From Nitrospirota bacterium (lineage in GTDB: Bacteria; Nitrospirota; Nitrospiria; Nitrospirales; NS-4), in the NCBI GenBank assembly GCA_963788195.1, contig CAWBGA010000017.1, positions 1-64,000 on the forward strand: DNA of 64,000 nt. The letters run 5' to 3'. The notes under the pieces were generated by a model that had not been told where the DNA came from, searched no databases, and saw only the letters and a program-made list of their open reading frames with translations. A program made the translations under genes and the position numbers. Shown here piece after piece: positions 37,993 to 51,298 of this stretch; position 1 is the stretch's first letter; every line of letters begins with the position of its first letter.

Positions 37993-38056
37993 GACAGATT
38001 TATTGTCTTTGTGCAGGGCAGACCCGCGCCTAGCTGATGGCAAAAATAAATCTGTC
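37993..38056. repeat. 12-bp inverted repeat with 40-bp spacer (REP-like) between convergent genes
   Basis: GACAGATTTATT (37993-38004) and AATAAATCTGTC (38045-38056). Confidence 0.75.
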
Positions 38057-38134
38057 CCGCTTGTTCGATTTTTTGACGGCCAGACCGTGTCATTAATGTC
38101 CGATTGCCGTCTGACAGGGCTCGAATGGAATGGG

Positions 38135-38975
38135 TTAGACGGGCCGGGTGGCGGCCTTGAGGGAGCGCGTGAACGTGCGAAGGCTCTCGCCGACGGCGCC
38201 TCGGTCTCCCGCCGAGGCAATGATCTTCACGAGGGCGCTGCCGACGATCACGCCGTCGGCAAAATTCGCGACCTCCCTGGTAGCCTCGGGTGTGGTAATG
38301 CCGAAACCCACGGCGACCGGCGTTTTTGCGTACCGCCGAATCTCACGTACCTTCTTCTCGACATCGACCTTGTCCGTGAGCGTGGCGCCGGTGATGCCCG
38401 TCAGCGATACATAATAGATAAAACCCTGAGATAGCCGGGCGATGGAGGCCTGGCGTTTCGCGGGACTGGTAGGCGCCAAGAGAAAAATTACATCCAGCCC
38501 AGAGTCCGCGGCGAGTGCCCGCAGCTTCACCGCCTCATCGGGAGGGAGATCCGGGACAATCACACCGTCTACCCCGGCATGGCCGGCATCGGTGCAGAAC
38601 GCGAGCTCACCATATCGTAAAACAGTATTGTAGTAGGCCATCAGCACCAGGGGGATTTGCGTGCGCGCTCGGAGCGCCGACACCGTTCCCAAAATTCTTC
38701 TTCAATGTGGTCCCTGAACGGAGGGCTCTGCCCGCCGCCGCCTGAATAATGGGGCCATCGGCGATGGGGTCGGAAAACGGCACACCCAATTCAATAATGT
38801 CCGCACCGGCATCGGCAAGCTGCAGGACATAGCTCTCAGTATCTTCGAGAGAGGGATCCCCGGCCATGATATATGCGATCAAAGCCTTCTCGCCTTTGAC
38901 CGCCAACTGCCGGAAAGTTTCTTGGAGAGAACTGCTGCGCGACGCTTTCTGACCGCGCGTCGATTGCAGAGTCAT
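38135..38975 (-). CDS. trpA: Tryptophan synthase alpha chain (one frameshift)
   Basis: [36 protein letters not shown]. Confidence 0.95.
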
Positions 38976-40165
38976 AGCGCCACACCTTTAAGACGCGCTA
39001 TCTGCTGCACATCCTTGTCGCCACGACCCGACAGATTAACCAGAATGGCCTGGCTGCTCTTTAGCCGTGGGGCAACCTTCAGCGCCTCAGCGACGGCATG
39101 CGCAGACTCCAGCGCGGGCATAATGCCTTCGGTCCGCGCAAGCAGGTCGAAAGCTGCCAGGGCCTCGTCATCAGTCGCGGAGGTATAAGCGATACGTTGC
39201 TTCTCTTTGTAGTAGGCGTGCTCGGGCCCCACCGCCGCGTAATCCAGCCCCGCCGAAACGGAGTGCGTCAGTTCAATCTGGCCGTCATCATTCTGCAAGA
39301 GGTACGTCATGGTACCTTGGAGCACGCCGATGGAGCCGGTCGCAAAACGGGCGGCATGCTTACCGCTCTCGATACCGAGCCCGCCCGCTTCTACACCGAT
39401 CATTTTTACCGGGCCATCTTTGAGAAAAGCCGTGAACAATCCAATGGCGTTGCTCCCACCGCCGACGCACGCGATCAGGTACTGGGGAAGCTTGCCGTGA
39501 GATTGCAATATCTGTTTCCGCGCCTCACGGCCGATCACGGATTGAAAATCACGAACCATCATCGGATACGGATGCGGCCCCAAGACGGACCCTAGGATGT
39601 AATGGGTGGTGCGGACATTCGTGGTCCAGTCACGCATCGCCTCGCTGATCGCGTCCTTCAGGGTCCTGCTGCCGGCGTCGACCGCCCTCACGTTAGTCCC
39701 CAGGAGTCGCATCCGGAAGACATTCAGCGCCTGCCGCTCCATGTCCTCCACGCCCATGTAGACTTCGCACTCGAGCCCGAACATCGCGGCCACCGTCGCG
39801 ACCGCGACGCCATGCTGACCGGCTCCCGTCTCGGCGATGACGCGCGGTTTGCCCATCCGCCGAGCGAGCAAGACCTGGCCCATGGTGTTGTTGATCTTGT
39901 GAGCGCCGGTGTGGCACAAATCTTCCCGCTTGAGATAGATCTTTGCGCCGCCCAGTTTTTTTGTCAGGCGCTTCGCGAGGTACAGCGGGGTCGGCCGACC
40001 GACATATTGCCGCAGGTAATAGTCCAGCTCCATCCGGAATTCCGGATCCCGGCGAGCCTTTTCATAGACGCGCGTCAGTTCCTCAAGAGCCGGGATCAAG
40101 GTTTCCGGCGCATACCGCCCGCCGAATGTTCCGAAGCGTCCGCGCTGATCGGGGATCGTTTGCAT
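38972..40165 (-). CDS. trpB: Tryptophan synthase beta chain
   Basis: [38 protein letters not shown]. Confidence 0.97.
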   Translation of the reverse strand: MQTIPDQRGRFGTFGGRYAPETLIPALEELTRVYEKARRDPEFRMELDYYLRQYVGRPTPLYLAKRLTKKLGGAKIYLKREDLCHTGAHKINNTMGQVLLARRMGKPRVIAETGAGQHGVAVATVAAMFGLECEVYMGVEDMERQALNVFRMRLLGTNVRAVDAGSRTLKDAISEAMRDWTTNVRTTHYILGSVLGPHPYPMMVRDFQSVIGREARKQILQSHGKLPQYLIACVGGGSNAIGLFTAFLKDGPVKMIGVEAGGLGIESGKHAARFATGSIGVLQGTMTYLLQNDDGQIELTHSVSAGLDYAAVGPEHAYYKEKQRIAYTSATDDEALAAFDLLARTEGIMPALESAHAVAEALKVAPRLKSSQAILVNLSGRGDKDVQQIARLKGVAL

Positions 40166-40199
40166 AACCGTTGAGTATAAGGAAGGCACCCGTCCCCAA

Positions 40200-40862
40200 T
40201 CAACCGTCGATCGCGTTGCTAGTGCCTTTTTCCGCAACGGAAAGGCTCGCGAAGCCGGCTCTGGCGCAGATGACGAAGGCCTTCATCTTCGCAGGATCCT
40301 TTCGTCGGGGGCCGCGCTCTACGCCGCTGCTTACGTCCACCGCGTGCGGGCGAACCCGCTGGATGGCTTCACCAACATTCTCCGAAGTGAGACCGCCCGC
40401 GAGAATGATCGGCTGCGGAGCCTGAATTGACCCCGCAAGCTCCCAATCCAGACGAGAGCCGGTGCCGCCGGGCACGCCGGCGACAAACGCGTCCAACAAG
40501 AAGGCAAGGACATGGTATTCGCCCAAAGTCTCAGCGTCAGGCAGCGTTCGAATCCTGAGGCCCTTGATCACGGGATACCCAAGTGTTGAACAGTAGTCCG
40601 CGCTCTCGGAGCCATGAAGCTGCGCGATCCGAAGTGAGCACTGCTGCAGCGTCTCGCGCACGATGTCTCGATCCTCATCCACGAAAACCCCCACCGGGGT
40701 GATGGATTCCGGCAGACGAGCGATAATCGCCGCGGCGGTCTTTCGAGAGACCGCTCGTGGACTTTCAGGGTAGAACACAAAACCCAGCGCGTCCGCCCCT
40801 GCGTCGACGGCCGCCAAGGCGTCATCGACATTCGTAATCCCGCAGATCTTGATCTGAATCAT
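40200..40862 (-). CDS. trpF: Phosphoribosylanthranilate isomerase
   Basis: [28 protein letters not shown]. Confidence 0.96.
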   Translation of the reverse strand: MIQIKICGITNVDDALAAVDAGADALGFVFYPESPRAVSRKTAAAIIARLPESITPVGVFVDEDRDIVRETLQQCSLRIAQLHGSESADYCSTLGYPVIKGLRIRTLPDAETLGEYHVLAFLLDAFVAGVPGGTGSRLDWELAGSIQAPQPIILAGGLTSENVGEAIQRVRPHAVDVSSGVERGPRRKDPAKMKAFVICARAGFASLSVAEKGTSNAIDG

Positions 40863-40921
40863 AGAGAAAGAATTATAGCGTACCTTGACCGTGATTCCGA
40901 AATTGACTATTCTGGGCAGCC

Positions 40922-42034
40922 ATGCCCGCCTCCCCTGTCACCACAGGTCAGATCGCCGCATTCCTGGGCGGCACTCTCGTCGGACCTCCAGAGACACCGA
41001 TTACCGGCGCCGCGGCCCTTAGCGATGCAAAACCTACCGATCTCTCATTTCTCCAGGCTGAAACGGCGCTGCAAGACGCCATGACGAGTCGCGCAGGCGC
41101 GGTTCTCACCGCTCACGTCATCCCGAACCTGACACGCCCTCAGATCGTGGTTCCCCGCCCCGCCCTTGCCATGACCAAGGTCGTGACGGAGTTCTTCGTC
41201 GCTAAGCTCGCCAATGTGGGTCTGAGTAACTTGGCCCACATCGGAAAGAACGTGACCCTCGGCCAAGACGTGTCCATATGGCCGTTTGTGACGTTAGATG
41301 ACGCCGCGTCTGTCGGTCGTGGCACGCGACTCTATCCAGGCGTTTTTGTCGGCCGGGAATCCATCATCGGCGAGGAATGCGTGCTGTATTCAAATGTCAC
41401 TGTTCGAGAGGGAGTGACCATCGGCAACCGCGTGATTATTCACCCCGGGACCGTGATCGGCAGCGACGGCTTCGGCTACCTCCAGCACGACGGGCGGAAT
41501 CACAAGATTCCACAGATCGGGACAGTCGTCATTGAAGATGATGTCGAACTGGGCGCTAACGTCACCGTCGACCGCGCGACCTACGGCGCCACAGTCATCG
41601 GGCGTGGCACGAAGGTCGATAACCTTGTCCAGATCGCCCACAATGTCAAGATCGGCGAAGATAACATCATCGTGGCACAGGTGGGGATCGCCGGCAGCAG
41701 CAAGACAGGGCATCATGTCATGATCGGAGGTCAAGCCGGGTTCGCAGATCATGTCACCGTAGGCGATCAGGTGATGATCGCTGCCCGCACCGGGGTGATC
41801 CGCGATGTCGCGTCTCACGAGGTGATCGCAGGCTTTCCGTCGATGCCGCACAAAGCGTGGCTTAGATCAACCGGCGTAATTGCTAAACTTCCGGAACTCC
41901 GCCAGCAGTTACGGGACCTGGAACGTCGCCTCGCGGAACTGGAAACAGCCACCCCGCGCAAATCACCGAGCGCTCGTGACAGGAGCCCGGGTCCATCCAA
42001 AATCAAACGCTCCGCGCCGCATCGAAAGCGCTAG
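40922..42034 (+). CDS. lpxD: UDP-3-O-acyl-glucosamine N-acyltransferase
   Basis: GSDGFGY, KIPQIG, DRAT, KVDNLVQIAHNV; hexapeptide repeats. Confidence 0.95.
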   Translation: MPASPVTTGQIAAFLGGTLVGPPETPITGAAALSDAKPTDLSFLQAETALQDAMTSRAGAVLTAHVIPNLTRPQIVVPRPALAMTKVVTEFFVAKLANVGLSNLAHIGKNVTLGQDVSIWPFVTLDDAASVGRGTRLYPGVFVGRESIIGEECVLYSNVTVREGVTIGNRVIIHPGTVIGSDGFGYLQHDGRNHKIPQIGTVVIEDDVELGANVTVDRATYGATVIGRGTKVDNLVQIAHNVKIGEDNIIVAQVGIAGSSKTGHHVMIGGQAGFADHVTVGDQVMIAARTGVIRDVASHEVIAGFPSMPHKAWLRSTGVIAKLPELRQQLRDLERRLAELETATPRKSPSARDRSPGPSKIKRSAPHRKR

Positions 42035-42052
42035 GCGCCTACGAGACTGCAG

Positions 42053-42757
42053 CTATTGTGTGCGTCGGTGTGCCAATTTTCGAATCAGAAACAGGCCGGA
42101 CAATCCGCTACCGAGTAAGAGCAGAGTTGTGGGCTCCGGATTGGTAATAGTCTGGTTTGCCAGGGATGGTTGGGTTGGGTCCACAAGCGCCGTTAAAGTC
42201 GCTAGCCCTAGCGTAGCAGGGATATCCAGGGCAGCCGGCAGATCGACGCGAAATGCGGAAACCACACCCAGGGACGTGGAAACCACGATGTCCGCGGTTG
42301 TGGCGATCAGCGGATTAACTGTCGGTATTCCGGTGCAGTTGCTTGGCAAGACGATGCATTCAGGCCGGCCGGTCGGATTCGTCAGGCTCGTAAACCCCGC
42401 ACTCGGATTGCCGGAGCCAATGCAGTTGTTGGGCAAGACGATACATTCGGGCCGGCCGGTCGGATTCGTGAAGCTGGTAAATCCCGGACTGGGATTCCCG
42501 GAGCCAATGCAGTTGTTGGGCAAGACGATACATTCGGGCTGGCCGGTCGGATTCGTGAAGCTGGTAAATCCCGGACTGGGATTCCCGGAGCCAATGCAGT
42601 TGTTGGGCAAGACGATACATTCAGGCCGGCCCGTTGGATTTGTGAGACTCACGAAACCCGGGCTGGGAGCGAGAACTGCTGCATCGGCGAGAGTCCCCAT
42701 CCCGACGAGTATAAAAAAGGCCACCAAGAGGAATCGAATGTTGTAGATTTTCGTCAT
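42053..42757 (-). CDS. PEP-CTERM-sorted protein with four 29-aa Cys-containing tandem repeats
   Basis: GGAGG SD, signal peptide, repeats, C-terminal NPEPTTLLLLGSGLSGLFLIRKLAHRR. Confidence 0.88.
   Translation of the reverse strand: MTKIYNIRFLLVAFFILVGMGTLADAAVLAPSPGFVSLTNPTGRPECIVLPNNCIGSGNPSPGFTSFTNPTGQPECIVLPNNCIGSGNPSPGFTSFTNPTGRPECIVLPNNCIGSGNPSAGFTSLTNPTGRPECIVLPSNCTGIPTVNPLIATTADIVVSTSLGVVSAFRVDLPAALDIPATLGLATLTALVDPTQPSLANQTITNPEPTTLLLLGSGLSGLFLIRKLAHRRTQ
42329..42667 (-). repeat. 87-bp coding tandem repeat, about 3.9 copies
   Basis: 42421-42507 and 42508-42594 differ at one base; outer copies are more diverged. Confidence 0.95.
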
Positions 42758-42892
42758 GATGAGTGCCTCCGCGACCCTCTTAGCGCATTCTTTGCCTCCG
42801 CTCCATAACTCTCAGGTAGCCGCACCCATGCTTTGGCACTGCTCGGTTTACTATCGTTGCTTATCGGATTGGAGACTATGGGATGGACGGCG

Positions 42893-43538
42893 TCAGCCTT
42901 GAAGCGCCGTCATCAATTCAGCCAGGGCCACGCGCGGGATCAGCAGCCTCGAGCACGGCGGAAAGGACCGCGGGAGCCTCGGACCCGGCACGAACCACAG
43001 CACTGATATTCGCGGCGGTGATGCCTCCGATCGCCACAATGGGAAGCCGGACACGCGACCGGACCTCACGGAGGCCTTCAAGACCTACCACCGGCTCCGG
43101 ATTCGGCTTTGAGCGCGTCGGAAAGATCGGACCAAAGCCGATATAATTCGCCCCTAACGCCTCCGCCTCTAGCGCTTGCGCAACGTTATGCGTGGAGATC
43201 CCGATCAGCATGCCGGGACCGAGAAGCGCTCGCGCCTCCCCTAACGGAAGATCCTCCTGCCCTAGATGCACGCCATCCGCGCCGACAGCCAGAGCCACAT
43301 CGCAGCGATCGTTCACGAATACCCGGCCACCGGCCGCGTGGATACGCGGCGTCAACCGGAATGCCTCGTTATAGATTTCACCGGTATGAGGGGTCTTCAT
43401 GCGCAGCTGAAACACCCGCACACCCGAGTTCAGAGCGCTAGTGACAATCTCGTCGAGCGACCGGCTCCCGGCTACAGTGGGATCAAGAATAAGGTAAGGT
43501 GCCCCCGGAAAAAGAGGCTGGCTTGGCGTCTGTTTCAA
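42893..43538 (-). CDS. thiE: Thiamine-phosphate synthase (3' frameshift)
   Basis: QLRMK, VNDR, GVHLGQED, STH, GPIFPTRSK, VAIGGI. Confidence 0.93.
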
Positions 43539-43549
43539 GGCGAGGACGA

Positions 43550-44898
<1,349 letters not shown>

Positions 44899-44899
<1 letters not shown>

Positions 44900-45438
44900 T
44901 ATGCCTCCGGCTTCGCGCCCGCCTCGATCAGGAACAGTGGCTCTCCAAATTCAACGGGCTTTGCATTCTCAAGAAGAATCTTCACCACGCGTCCGTCGAC
45001 TTCCGACTCGATTTCATTCATCAGCTTCATGGCTTCAACGATACACAGGACATGGCCTTTTCTGACATAGGCACCCTCTTCGACATATGCCTCGGTGTCG
45101 GGGGAGGCGGATCGGTAGAAAATGCCGACGATGGGAGAGGTGACGGTCAATAGCCCCGCGCTCTCAGAAAGTGAAGGTGTCTGGATGGGCGCCGGCAGCG
45201 TGCGAGTTTGATCGGGCACCTGGACAGACACTTCTCTAATGGGAGACGGCGCAGCGGCCTCCTCCCTCCGCAGTCGGACTCGAAGCCCCTCACGCTCGAT
45301 CTCAAGATCCGCGAGCCCCGCCGTCTGGAAAATATCGATCAGCTCTTGCAACACCTTGGGATCGATAAGGGCGTCCGCGCGCGGCTTGGGCGGCGCTTTG
45401 CTCTCCTTTCGGGCAGAGGTCGAGGGGTGTTTTTTCAT
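44899..45438 (-). CDS. accB: Biotin carboxyl carrier protein
   Basis: EAMKLMNEI biotinylation motif. Confidence 0.95.
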
Positions 45439-46001
45439 TAGGCTCGCTCTACAAACTCACGGGTCCGGCTGTCGACTCTGACGAGGACTCCCTCATCAAG
45501 ATAGAGGGGCACCTTGATCGTCGCGCCGCTTTCCAGAACCGCCGGTTTGGAGCCGCCGGACGCAGTGTCCCCCCGCACGCCTGGGTCAGTCTTCACGACC
45601 CTCAGTTCGACGAACACCGGCAGCTCCATACCGATGGGAACGGTGTTGTGGAGCAAGATCGTCACCGTCATGTCCTCCTTGAGGAGGTCCCAGCCGTCAC
45701 CCAGTTGCTTTCGACTAAATGTGAGCTGCTCGTAGCTCGTGGTATCCATGAAGGTGTATTCTTCGCCGGCCGCGTATAGAAACTTCATGTCCTTCTCGTC
45801 CAGATCAGGCGTCTCGAGCTTTTCGCCGGATCGGTATGTTCGCTCGATGACATTCCCTGTCCGGAGGCTCTTCAGTTTCGTCCGGACAAAGGCGCCTCCT
45901 TTCCCAGGTTTCACATGTTGAAATTCGACGATCGTGAACGGTTCACCATTCAACTCAACCTTCGATCCGTTTCGAAATTCCGACGTGCTGATCACAGGCA
46001 T
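45438..46001 (-). CDS. efp: Elongation factor P
   Basis: [20 protein letters not shown]. Confidence 0.96.
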   Translation of the reverse strand: MPVISTSEFRNGSKVELNGEPFTIVEFQHVKPGKGGAFVRTKLKSLRTGNVIERTYRSGEKLETPDLDEKDMKFLYAAGEEYTFMDTTSYEQLTFSRKQLGDGWDLLKEDMTVTILLHNTVPIGMELPVFVELRVVKTDPGVRGDTASGGSKPAVLESGATIKVPLYLDEGVLVRVDSRTREFVERA

Positions 46002-46464
46002 ATCCTTCTGTCAGGCTTCTTACCACGTGAGCTCGCTTCACATGCATGATGGCGGCTCGCAGTCCCAGAACGTAGCTGTTCGCGCCGAACCCTGAGATTT
46101 GGCCCACGGCGACCCCGGCGATGTAAGAGTGCTGCCTGAACTCTTCCCGGCCATAAATATTGGAGACATGCACTTCGATCGTCGGCATGGCGACACCCAC
46201 GATGGCGTCGCGCAACGCGATACTTGTATGCGTCAGGCCCCCCGGATTAATCACCAGAGCGTCGAAGGCGCCGGCCGCTTTCTGAATCCAGTCCACCAGC
46301 TCGCCTTCGGCGTTTGATTGATGGATGGTGAGCTCCACTCCCTCGGCTTTTGCCAGAAGCTCCAGGTCGCGATTGATGGCCTCGAGAGTCACGCTGCCGT
46401 ATACACCGGTTTCCCGTGTACCTAACAGGTTCAGATTAGGGCCGTGCAGCACGAGAATCTTCAT
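45955..46464 (-). CDS. aroQ: Type II 3-dehydroquinate dehydratase (true stop may lie near 46010)
   Basis: [28 protein letters not shown]. Confidence 0.95.
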   Translation of the reverse strand: MKILVLHGPNLNLLGTRETGVYGSVTLEAINRDLELLAKAEGVELTIHQSNAEGELVDWIQKAAGAFDALVINPGGLTHTSIALRDAIVGVAMPTIEVHVSNIYGREEFRQHSYIAGVAVGQISGFGANSYVLGLRAAIMHVKRAHVVRSLTEGYACDQHVGISKRIEG

Positions 46465-47363
46465 CAGAGTCGTCGGCGTGCTCGAATCACTTGCAGCCAG
46501 CCTTCCAGTCGCCGTACCTGGTTTTTGCGTTGAGCGTTTTCACCCGGCCCGCCCGGAAGTCTCATCTCACCCGCCTGCCCCAAGCCTGCCGAGACAGGCT
46601 TTTCGCCCGTTGGACGGACTTCTTGTCCCATGGACAGCGCCTCTTGCGGCAGAGTCAAAGCCGCCGACGCCGATTCGGACGATCGCGTCGCCTCAAGGGC
46701 TGCTGGATGCTCCAAAGCCTCTATACGCTCCCGGTACTGCTTGTTTTGAGGATACTTGGCTGCCAAACGGTGATAAACCAAAAGGCCTTTGTCGTGATAC
46801 CCTTGAAGGATATACAGTTCCGCAAGTGTTTCAGAGTCGATATTTTCAGGTTCCCTCGGCGCCATCATGGCGGGTTCGGGGGCCGACGCCATTACGAGGT
46901 GAGGTGGTCGGAGAACCGACTGAGGAGGAAGATCCTGGAGCGTCGGCGGCGAGGCGGCGTCGCTTGGCGGCTCAGCCTTTGGGGGCTCGCTGACGCGCGC
47001 CGGTAGTTCCTGCAGCTGCTCCAGCAACGTGCGCATCTCAAGATCACGAGGATTGGCTTGAAGAACACTGCGACAGGACTTCATCGCTAACTGAATTTCC
47101 CCGGCCTCCCGATAGATCAAGGCGAGCTTTCGATGCGCCGCAAAATTGTCGGGCACTGAGTTGATGACGTATTCCAACTCAGTCCTCGCGAGCGCCACCT
47201 CTCCGGCAGTCCAGTGGACCTCACCAAGCAGCACCCGCGCGCTCATGAACTGGGGATACTGCTTGAGCCCTTCTTCGAGGGTCATAATCGCCGCGCTAAA
47301 CTTGCCCGCATCAAACAACTGCTTCGCTTGGATCATAAACACCGGTGACATTTCTTTAGCCAT
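46464..47363 (-). CDS. Tetratricopeptide repeat protein
   Basis: N-terminal TPRs, Pro-rich linker, [14 protein letters not shown]. Confidence 0.8.
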   Translation of the reverse strand: MAKEMSPVFMIQAKQLFDAGKFSAAIMTLEEGLKQYPQFMSARVLLGEVHWTAGEVALARTELEYVINSVPDNFAAHRKLALIYREAGEIQLAMKSCRSVLQANPRDLEMRTLLEQLQELPARVSEPPKAEPPSDAASPPTLQDLPPQSVLRPPHLVMASAPEPAMMAPREPENIDSETLAELYILQGYHDKGLLVYHRLAAKYPQNKQYRERIEALEHPAALEATRSSESASAALTLPQEALSMGQEVRPTGEKPVSAGLGQAGEMRLPGGPGENAQRKNQVRRLEGWLQVIRARRRL

Positions 47364-47366
47364 ACA

Positions 47367-48683
47367 TCACCTCGCTGGGTTGTGGGGGTCGCGGCGCCGT
47401 CCGGAGGCCCCCTTAGAAACAGCACGAGAGCACATAGAAAACTTTGGTAGCCGTTGCACCGCATTCAAAACACAATGCGCCACCTGTCGTTTCAACATCA
47501 GGGGAAGGTGTTCGGCCTGTCCTCCTGGGGCAATCAACGTGACTCGGTTTGTGTCCGTCCCAAATCCGGCTCCTGGTTCCCGGACATTATTGCCCACAAT
47601 GAGGTCGAGTCTTTTGTCTATGAGTTTGCGGCGGGCACGCTCAACCAACCCCTTTGTCTCGGCGGCAAATCCGACGACGACTTGCCGTGGACGCCGCTCC
47701 GGCAACTCCATGAGAATATCCGGAGTGGGCTCAAGCGCGAGGGTCAGCGGGCCTTTGATCTTGGCGATCTTTTCCGAGGACGTCTGAACCGGACGAAAAT
47801 CGGCGACCGCTGCGGCCATGATCAAGACATCCGACTCAGGGAAGTGAGCCATCACGGCCTTCCTCATTTCCTCCGAGGTTGTAACGGGCACGAAGGCAAC
47901 CTGGTGAGGGGGAGTAAGCTGGGTCGGCCCTGCTACAAGAGTGACCTCCGCCCCACGATCACGCGCGGCTTCCGCCAGAGCCCATCCCATTTTTCCCGAG
48001 GAGCGATTGGAGAGAAACCGGATCGGATCCAACGATTCCTGGGTCGGCCCGGCGGTGATCAGTACACGGCGCCCGCGAAAATCCTTGTGAGGAGTGAAGG
48101 CTGCCGCGATCGCCGCAATGATGGCACCTTCCTCCGGAAACCGCCCTTTTCCAACGCGCCCGGAGGCTAGGGGCCCGGTATCAGGCTCCATGACCGTCAC
48201 GCCTCGCGCCCGTAGTGTCCGCACATTTTGTCGCACAGCCGGGTGGTCCCACATGCCGCCATCCATCGCCGGAACGACCAGGAGAGGGCACTCAGCCGCG
48301 AGGATCATCGTGCTGAGCAGGTCATCCGCAAGACCGAGGGCAAGTTTGGCAAGACAATGGGCGGATGCCGGAGCAACGATGATGATGTCGGCCCCCTCGG
48401 CCAGCGCCAGATGAGCCATCGCGCCAAGCCCCTTGTCGTACGCCACCCCATCGCAGGCCACTGGACGTCCGGTAAGCGCTTGGAACGTCAATGCCCCCAC
48501 GAATTGCTGGGCCGTGTGCGTCATGGCGACATCTACCCTCGCTCCCTCTCCAAGCATCCGCCGAACGAGCGACACCGCCTTGTAGGCCGCGATGCTGCCG
48601 GTGACTCCAAGTACCAGCGTCTTCCCCGCCCACGGTCCGGACGGCTTAGTGCCAGGCTGTGGGAATCGTTCAGTCTTCTTCAC
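47367..48683 (-). CDS. coaBC: Bifunctional phosphopantothenoylcysteine decarboxylase/ligase
   Basis: [37 protein letters not shown]. Confidence 0.95.
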   Translation of the reverse strand: MKKTERFPQPGTKPSGPWAGKTLVLGVTGSIAAYKAVSLVRRMLGEGARVDVAMTHTAQQFVGALTFQALTGRPVACDGVAYDKGLGAMAHLALAEGADIIIVAPASAHCLAKLALGLADDLLSTMILAAECPLLVVPAMDGGMWDHPAVRQNVRTLRARGVTVMEPDTGPLASGRVGKGRFPEEGAIIAAIAAAFTPHKDFRGRRVLITAGPTQESLDPIRFLSNRSSGKMGWALAEAARDRGAEVTLVAGPTQLTPPHQVAFVPVTTSEEMRKAVMAHFPESDVLIMAAAVADFRPVQTSSEKIAKIKGPLTLALEPTPDILMELPERRPRQVVVGFAAETKGLVERARRKLIDKRLDLIVGNNVREPGAGFGTDTNRVTLIAPGGQAEHLPLMLKRQVAHCVLNAVQRLPKFSMCSRAVSKGASGRRRDPHNPAR

Positions 48684-49029
48684 CCGGTTCCACCGGCTTG
48701 GAATCGTCCACGATGACGCTTAAATCCTTCTTAATCTCTTTGGCGTCCTCGGCCACAACCCGAGCAACCGTGAGGCGCTCGAGTTCGCGCTCTCGTAGTT
48801 TCTTGGCCTCTTTCATGGCCTGCCGCGCGTCCTTGCCGATTAAGAACTGCACTTGGTTCTTCAGTACTTCCTCCAAGGCAATAGTGGTCGGCTTGGTATG
48901 CTTACTCGGCAATGTGGGCGGAGCGCCCTGCATAAGTTGTCGCGCGCGTTGAGCGGCGACGATGACGAGGCGGCTTCGTGATTGCAAGCCCGGCTCTTCC
49001 CCATTCGGCAACAGCGATAATGCATCCAT
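48670..49029 (-). CDS. rpoZ: RNA polymerase omega subunit
   Basis: SRSRLVIVAAQRARQL, KPTTIALEE; gmk-rpoZ-coaBC order. Confidence 0.9.
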   Translation of the reverse strand: MDALSLLPNGEEPGLQSRSRLVIVAAQRARQLMQGAPPTLPSKHTKPTTIALEEVLKNQVQFLIGKDARQAMKEAKKLRERELERLTVARVVAEDAKEIKKDLSVIVDDSKPVEPGEED

Positions 49030-49680
49030 TACGATTCCTCCTCCGGGCCCGTTAACGCCTGCTCCAACGACGAGAGGTCGAGGGCGCTCGTTCGATTACG
49101 TTCGGCCAAGACAATGGCTTCCAGTTCTTTGTACGCGGACTTAAAGTCGTCATTAATGACGACATACTGATACTCTCTATAGGCTTTGACTTCCTCCTTG
49201 GCCTTCTTCAACCGCCTCGCGATTTCTTCGGGAGGATCCGATTGCCGGTTTTGTAAGCGCCGACGCAGCACAGGCAGCGACGGTGGCAGCAGATAAATCG
49301 ACACGGCGCTCCGCTCCCGTTGTCTAAGTTGAGCCGCCCCCTGAGTATCAATATCCAGGAGCACATCGATTCCTTCCTGGCGCCATTGACGAAGCGGGAC
49401 CCGGGGCGTGCCGTAGAGATGGCCATACACTTCTGCCCACTCCAGAAATCCGTCTGCTTCAATCATTGCCCGGAAGGTGTTCTGATCCACGTAATGATAG
49501 TGCTGGCCCGCCACCTCCGTCGCGCGACGGGGCCGGGTCGTATAGGAGATCGAATACCGGACATCGGGGATGGAGGCCACCAACTCCTGACAGAGGGAGG
49601 TCTTTCCGGTTCCCGATGGAGCCGAGACTACAATGAGCAATCCATGCCGACGGCGGACGAGGCGTGGCGCTACTCGACAT
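49029..49680 (-). CDS. gmk: Guanylate kinase (start 49640-49680 uncertain)
   Basis: SAPSGTGKTS, SYTTR, EWAEVYGHLYGT, DIDTQGA. Confidence 0.95.
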
Positions 49681-50567
49681 TTTGAACCTGCTCGCGGATC
49701 TTCTCAAGCTCGGCTTTTACGCCAAGAATCTCCTGTGTGACGACAAGGTCCGCCACCTTGGACCCCACGGTGGCAACTTCGCGGTTGATTTCTTGCAACA
49801 AGAAATCAAGGCTGCGGCCTACAGGGGTCGGCTTACGAAGAAAATTACGGAACTGCTGAAGATGACTCTCCAGCCGGGTCAGCTCTTCACTCACATCACC
49901 GCGATCGGCAAGCAAAGCGACCTCCTGGGCAAGGCGCGCCGGATCCAACGCACCGCGACCGGTGGGCGATCCCTCCAGTAGACGATTCACGCGTGTCTGC
50001 AGGCGGGTTGCATGCTCCTGTACGATCTGAGGAAGCCGATGGCGAATCGTCGCAATCCGCTGCTCGATGTCTTTCAGTCTCGTGGTCAGGTCACGCTCGA
50101 GAGCCCGTCCCTCATCGCGGCGCATGCTCAGCAAGGCCCCAAGGGCTTTCTCCAACACTCGCTCCGCGGCGGCTATCGCCCTCTGATCGTCAACCGGTTG
50201 GTCCCGGGTCTTAATGATGTCCCGATACGAGGCCAGGAGCCCCAGATCCACCGAACCGCTCAAGCCGAGATCGCGCTGGAGTTCTTTCAGCAGATGCCAT
50301 GTATTGGCGGGCTAATCCATGGTCCAGTCGCAACACCTCTGGGCTCGCTTCCCCTTCCCCGTTAAAGCTCACGCTGACATCGATACGGCCCCGGCTCAAA
50401 CGGCTCTGCACGCGAGCTTTGAATCGTTCCTCATGCCGCTGCATGACTCTGGGAAGCTTCGTAACAACCTCACAATGCCGGTGGTTGACGGAGCGCGCCT
50501 CCACCACAATCGGCACGGTCTTGTACCGGCCGGCGGCTCGTCCGTATCCTGTCATGCTGCGGATCAC
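49670..50567 (-). CDS. yicC: YicC/YloC family endoribonuclease (one frameshift)
   Basis: RSMTGYG, RSVNHR, DVSEELTRL, LDFLLQEINRE, EQVQNVE*. Confidence 0.93.
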
Positions 50568-51193
50568 GCGGATCGTTTGCCCTCCCACGGGCACAAGGGA
50601 TTCAACCGGCATTCAAGACATTTTGGCGCGCGTGCCGTGCAGATATGCCGTCCATGCAAGAGCAACTGATGTGAGCCTTGCGTCCAGCGTTCCCGGGGAA
50701 AGACTTTCTGTAATTTCATCTCGATCATCTCCGGGTCATCGGTCGCAACCAGGCCCAACCGTTGGCTGACGCGTTTGACATGAGTATCCACGACAACCGA
50801 GGGGATGCCAAAGCAGTTCCCCAACACGACATTCGCGGTTTTCCGCCCGACCCCAGGGAGCGTGACAAGTTCTTCCATGGTCCGAGGGACCTGGCCTCCG
50901 AACCGATCCACGAGCGCTTTGCCGCACGCAATCAAGTTATTCGTTTTTGCCCGAAAGAATCCGGTCGAACGGATCTCCCGTTCCATCGTCTCCCGGTCGG
51001 CATTGGCATAATCCTCCGCCGTGCGATAGCGAGTGAACAGGGACTTTGTGACCTGGTTCACGCGCTCGTCCGTGCACTGGGCCGACAGTATCGTCGCCAC
51101 TAATAGCTGCAGTGGCGTTGTGTGGTGCAGAGCCGTCTCGGGATGGGCAAACTCCTCATCGAGCCGTGTCAGGAGTCTGGCCCCAATGCCCAT
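50564..51193 (-). CDS. nth: Endonuclease III
   Basis: LSAQCTD, LPGVGRKTAN, VDTHV, C-x6-C-x2-C-x5-C. Confidence 0.95.
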   Translation of the reverse strand: MGIGARLLTRLDEEFAHPETALHHTTPLQLLVATILSAQCTDERVNQVTKSLFTRYRTAEDYANADRETMEREIRSTGFFRAKTNNLIACGKALVDRFGGQVPRTMEELVTLPGVGRKTANVVLGNCFGIPSVVVDTHVKRVSQRLGLVATDDPEMIEMKLQKVFPRERWTQGSHQLLLHGRHICTARAPKCLECRLNPLCPWEGKRSA

Positions 51194-51298
51194 ACCTCGC
51201 CTCGAACCTGAGCTTGGTTGATTGTTGAGGAGGATCTAATAGTTGCGACGTCATTTTTCAATCCGCGCGTGCACCGCCCGACGGCAGCGGAGAAGAAT

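Noticed and set aside
42329..42667. CRISPR array or multi-core RiPP precursor
   Set aside because: Units are contiguous with no unique spacers, stay in frame inside a signal-peptide/PEP-CTERM protein, and no cas or modifying enzymes are adjacent.
42780..42800. Sigma54 promoter for the PEP-CTERM gene
   Set aside because: Only GG-N10-GC spacing is present (AGGCAAAGAATGCGC); the match to TGGCAC-N5-TTGC is too weak.
49670..50567. Second yicC as a duplication or horizontal transfer
   Set aside because: The two copies sit in different segments separated by artefactual junctions, each in a normal context.
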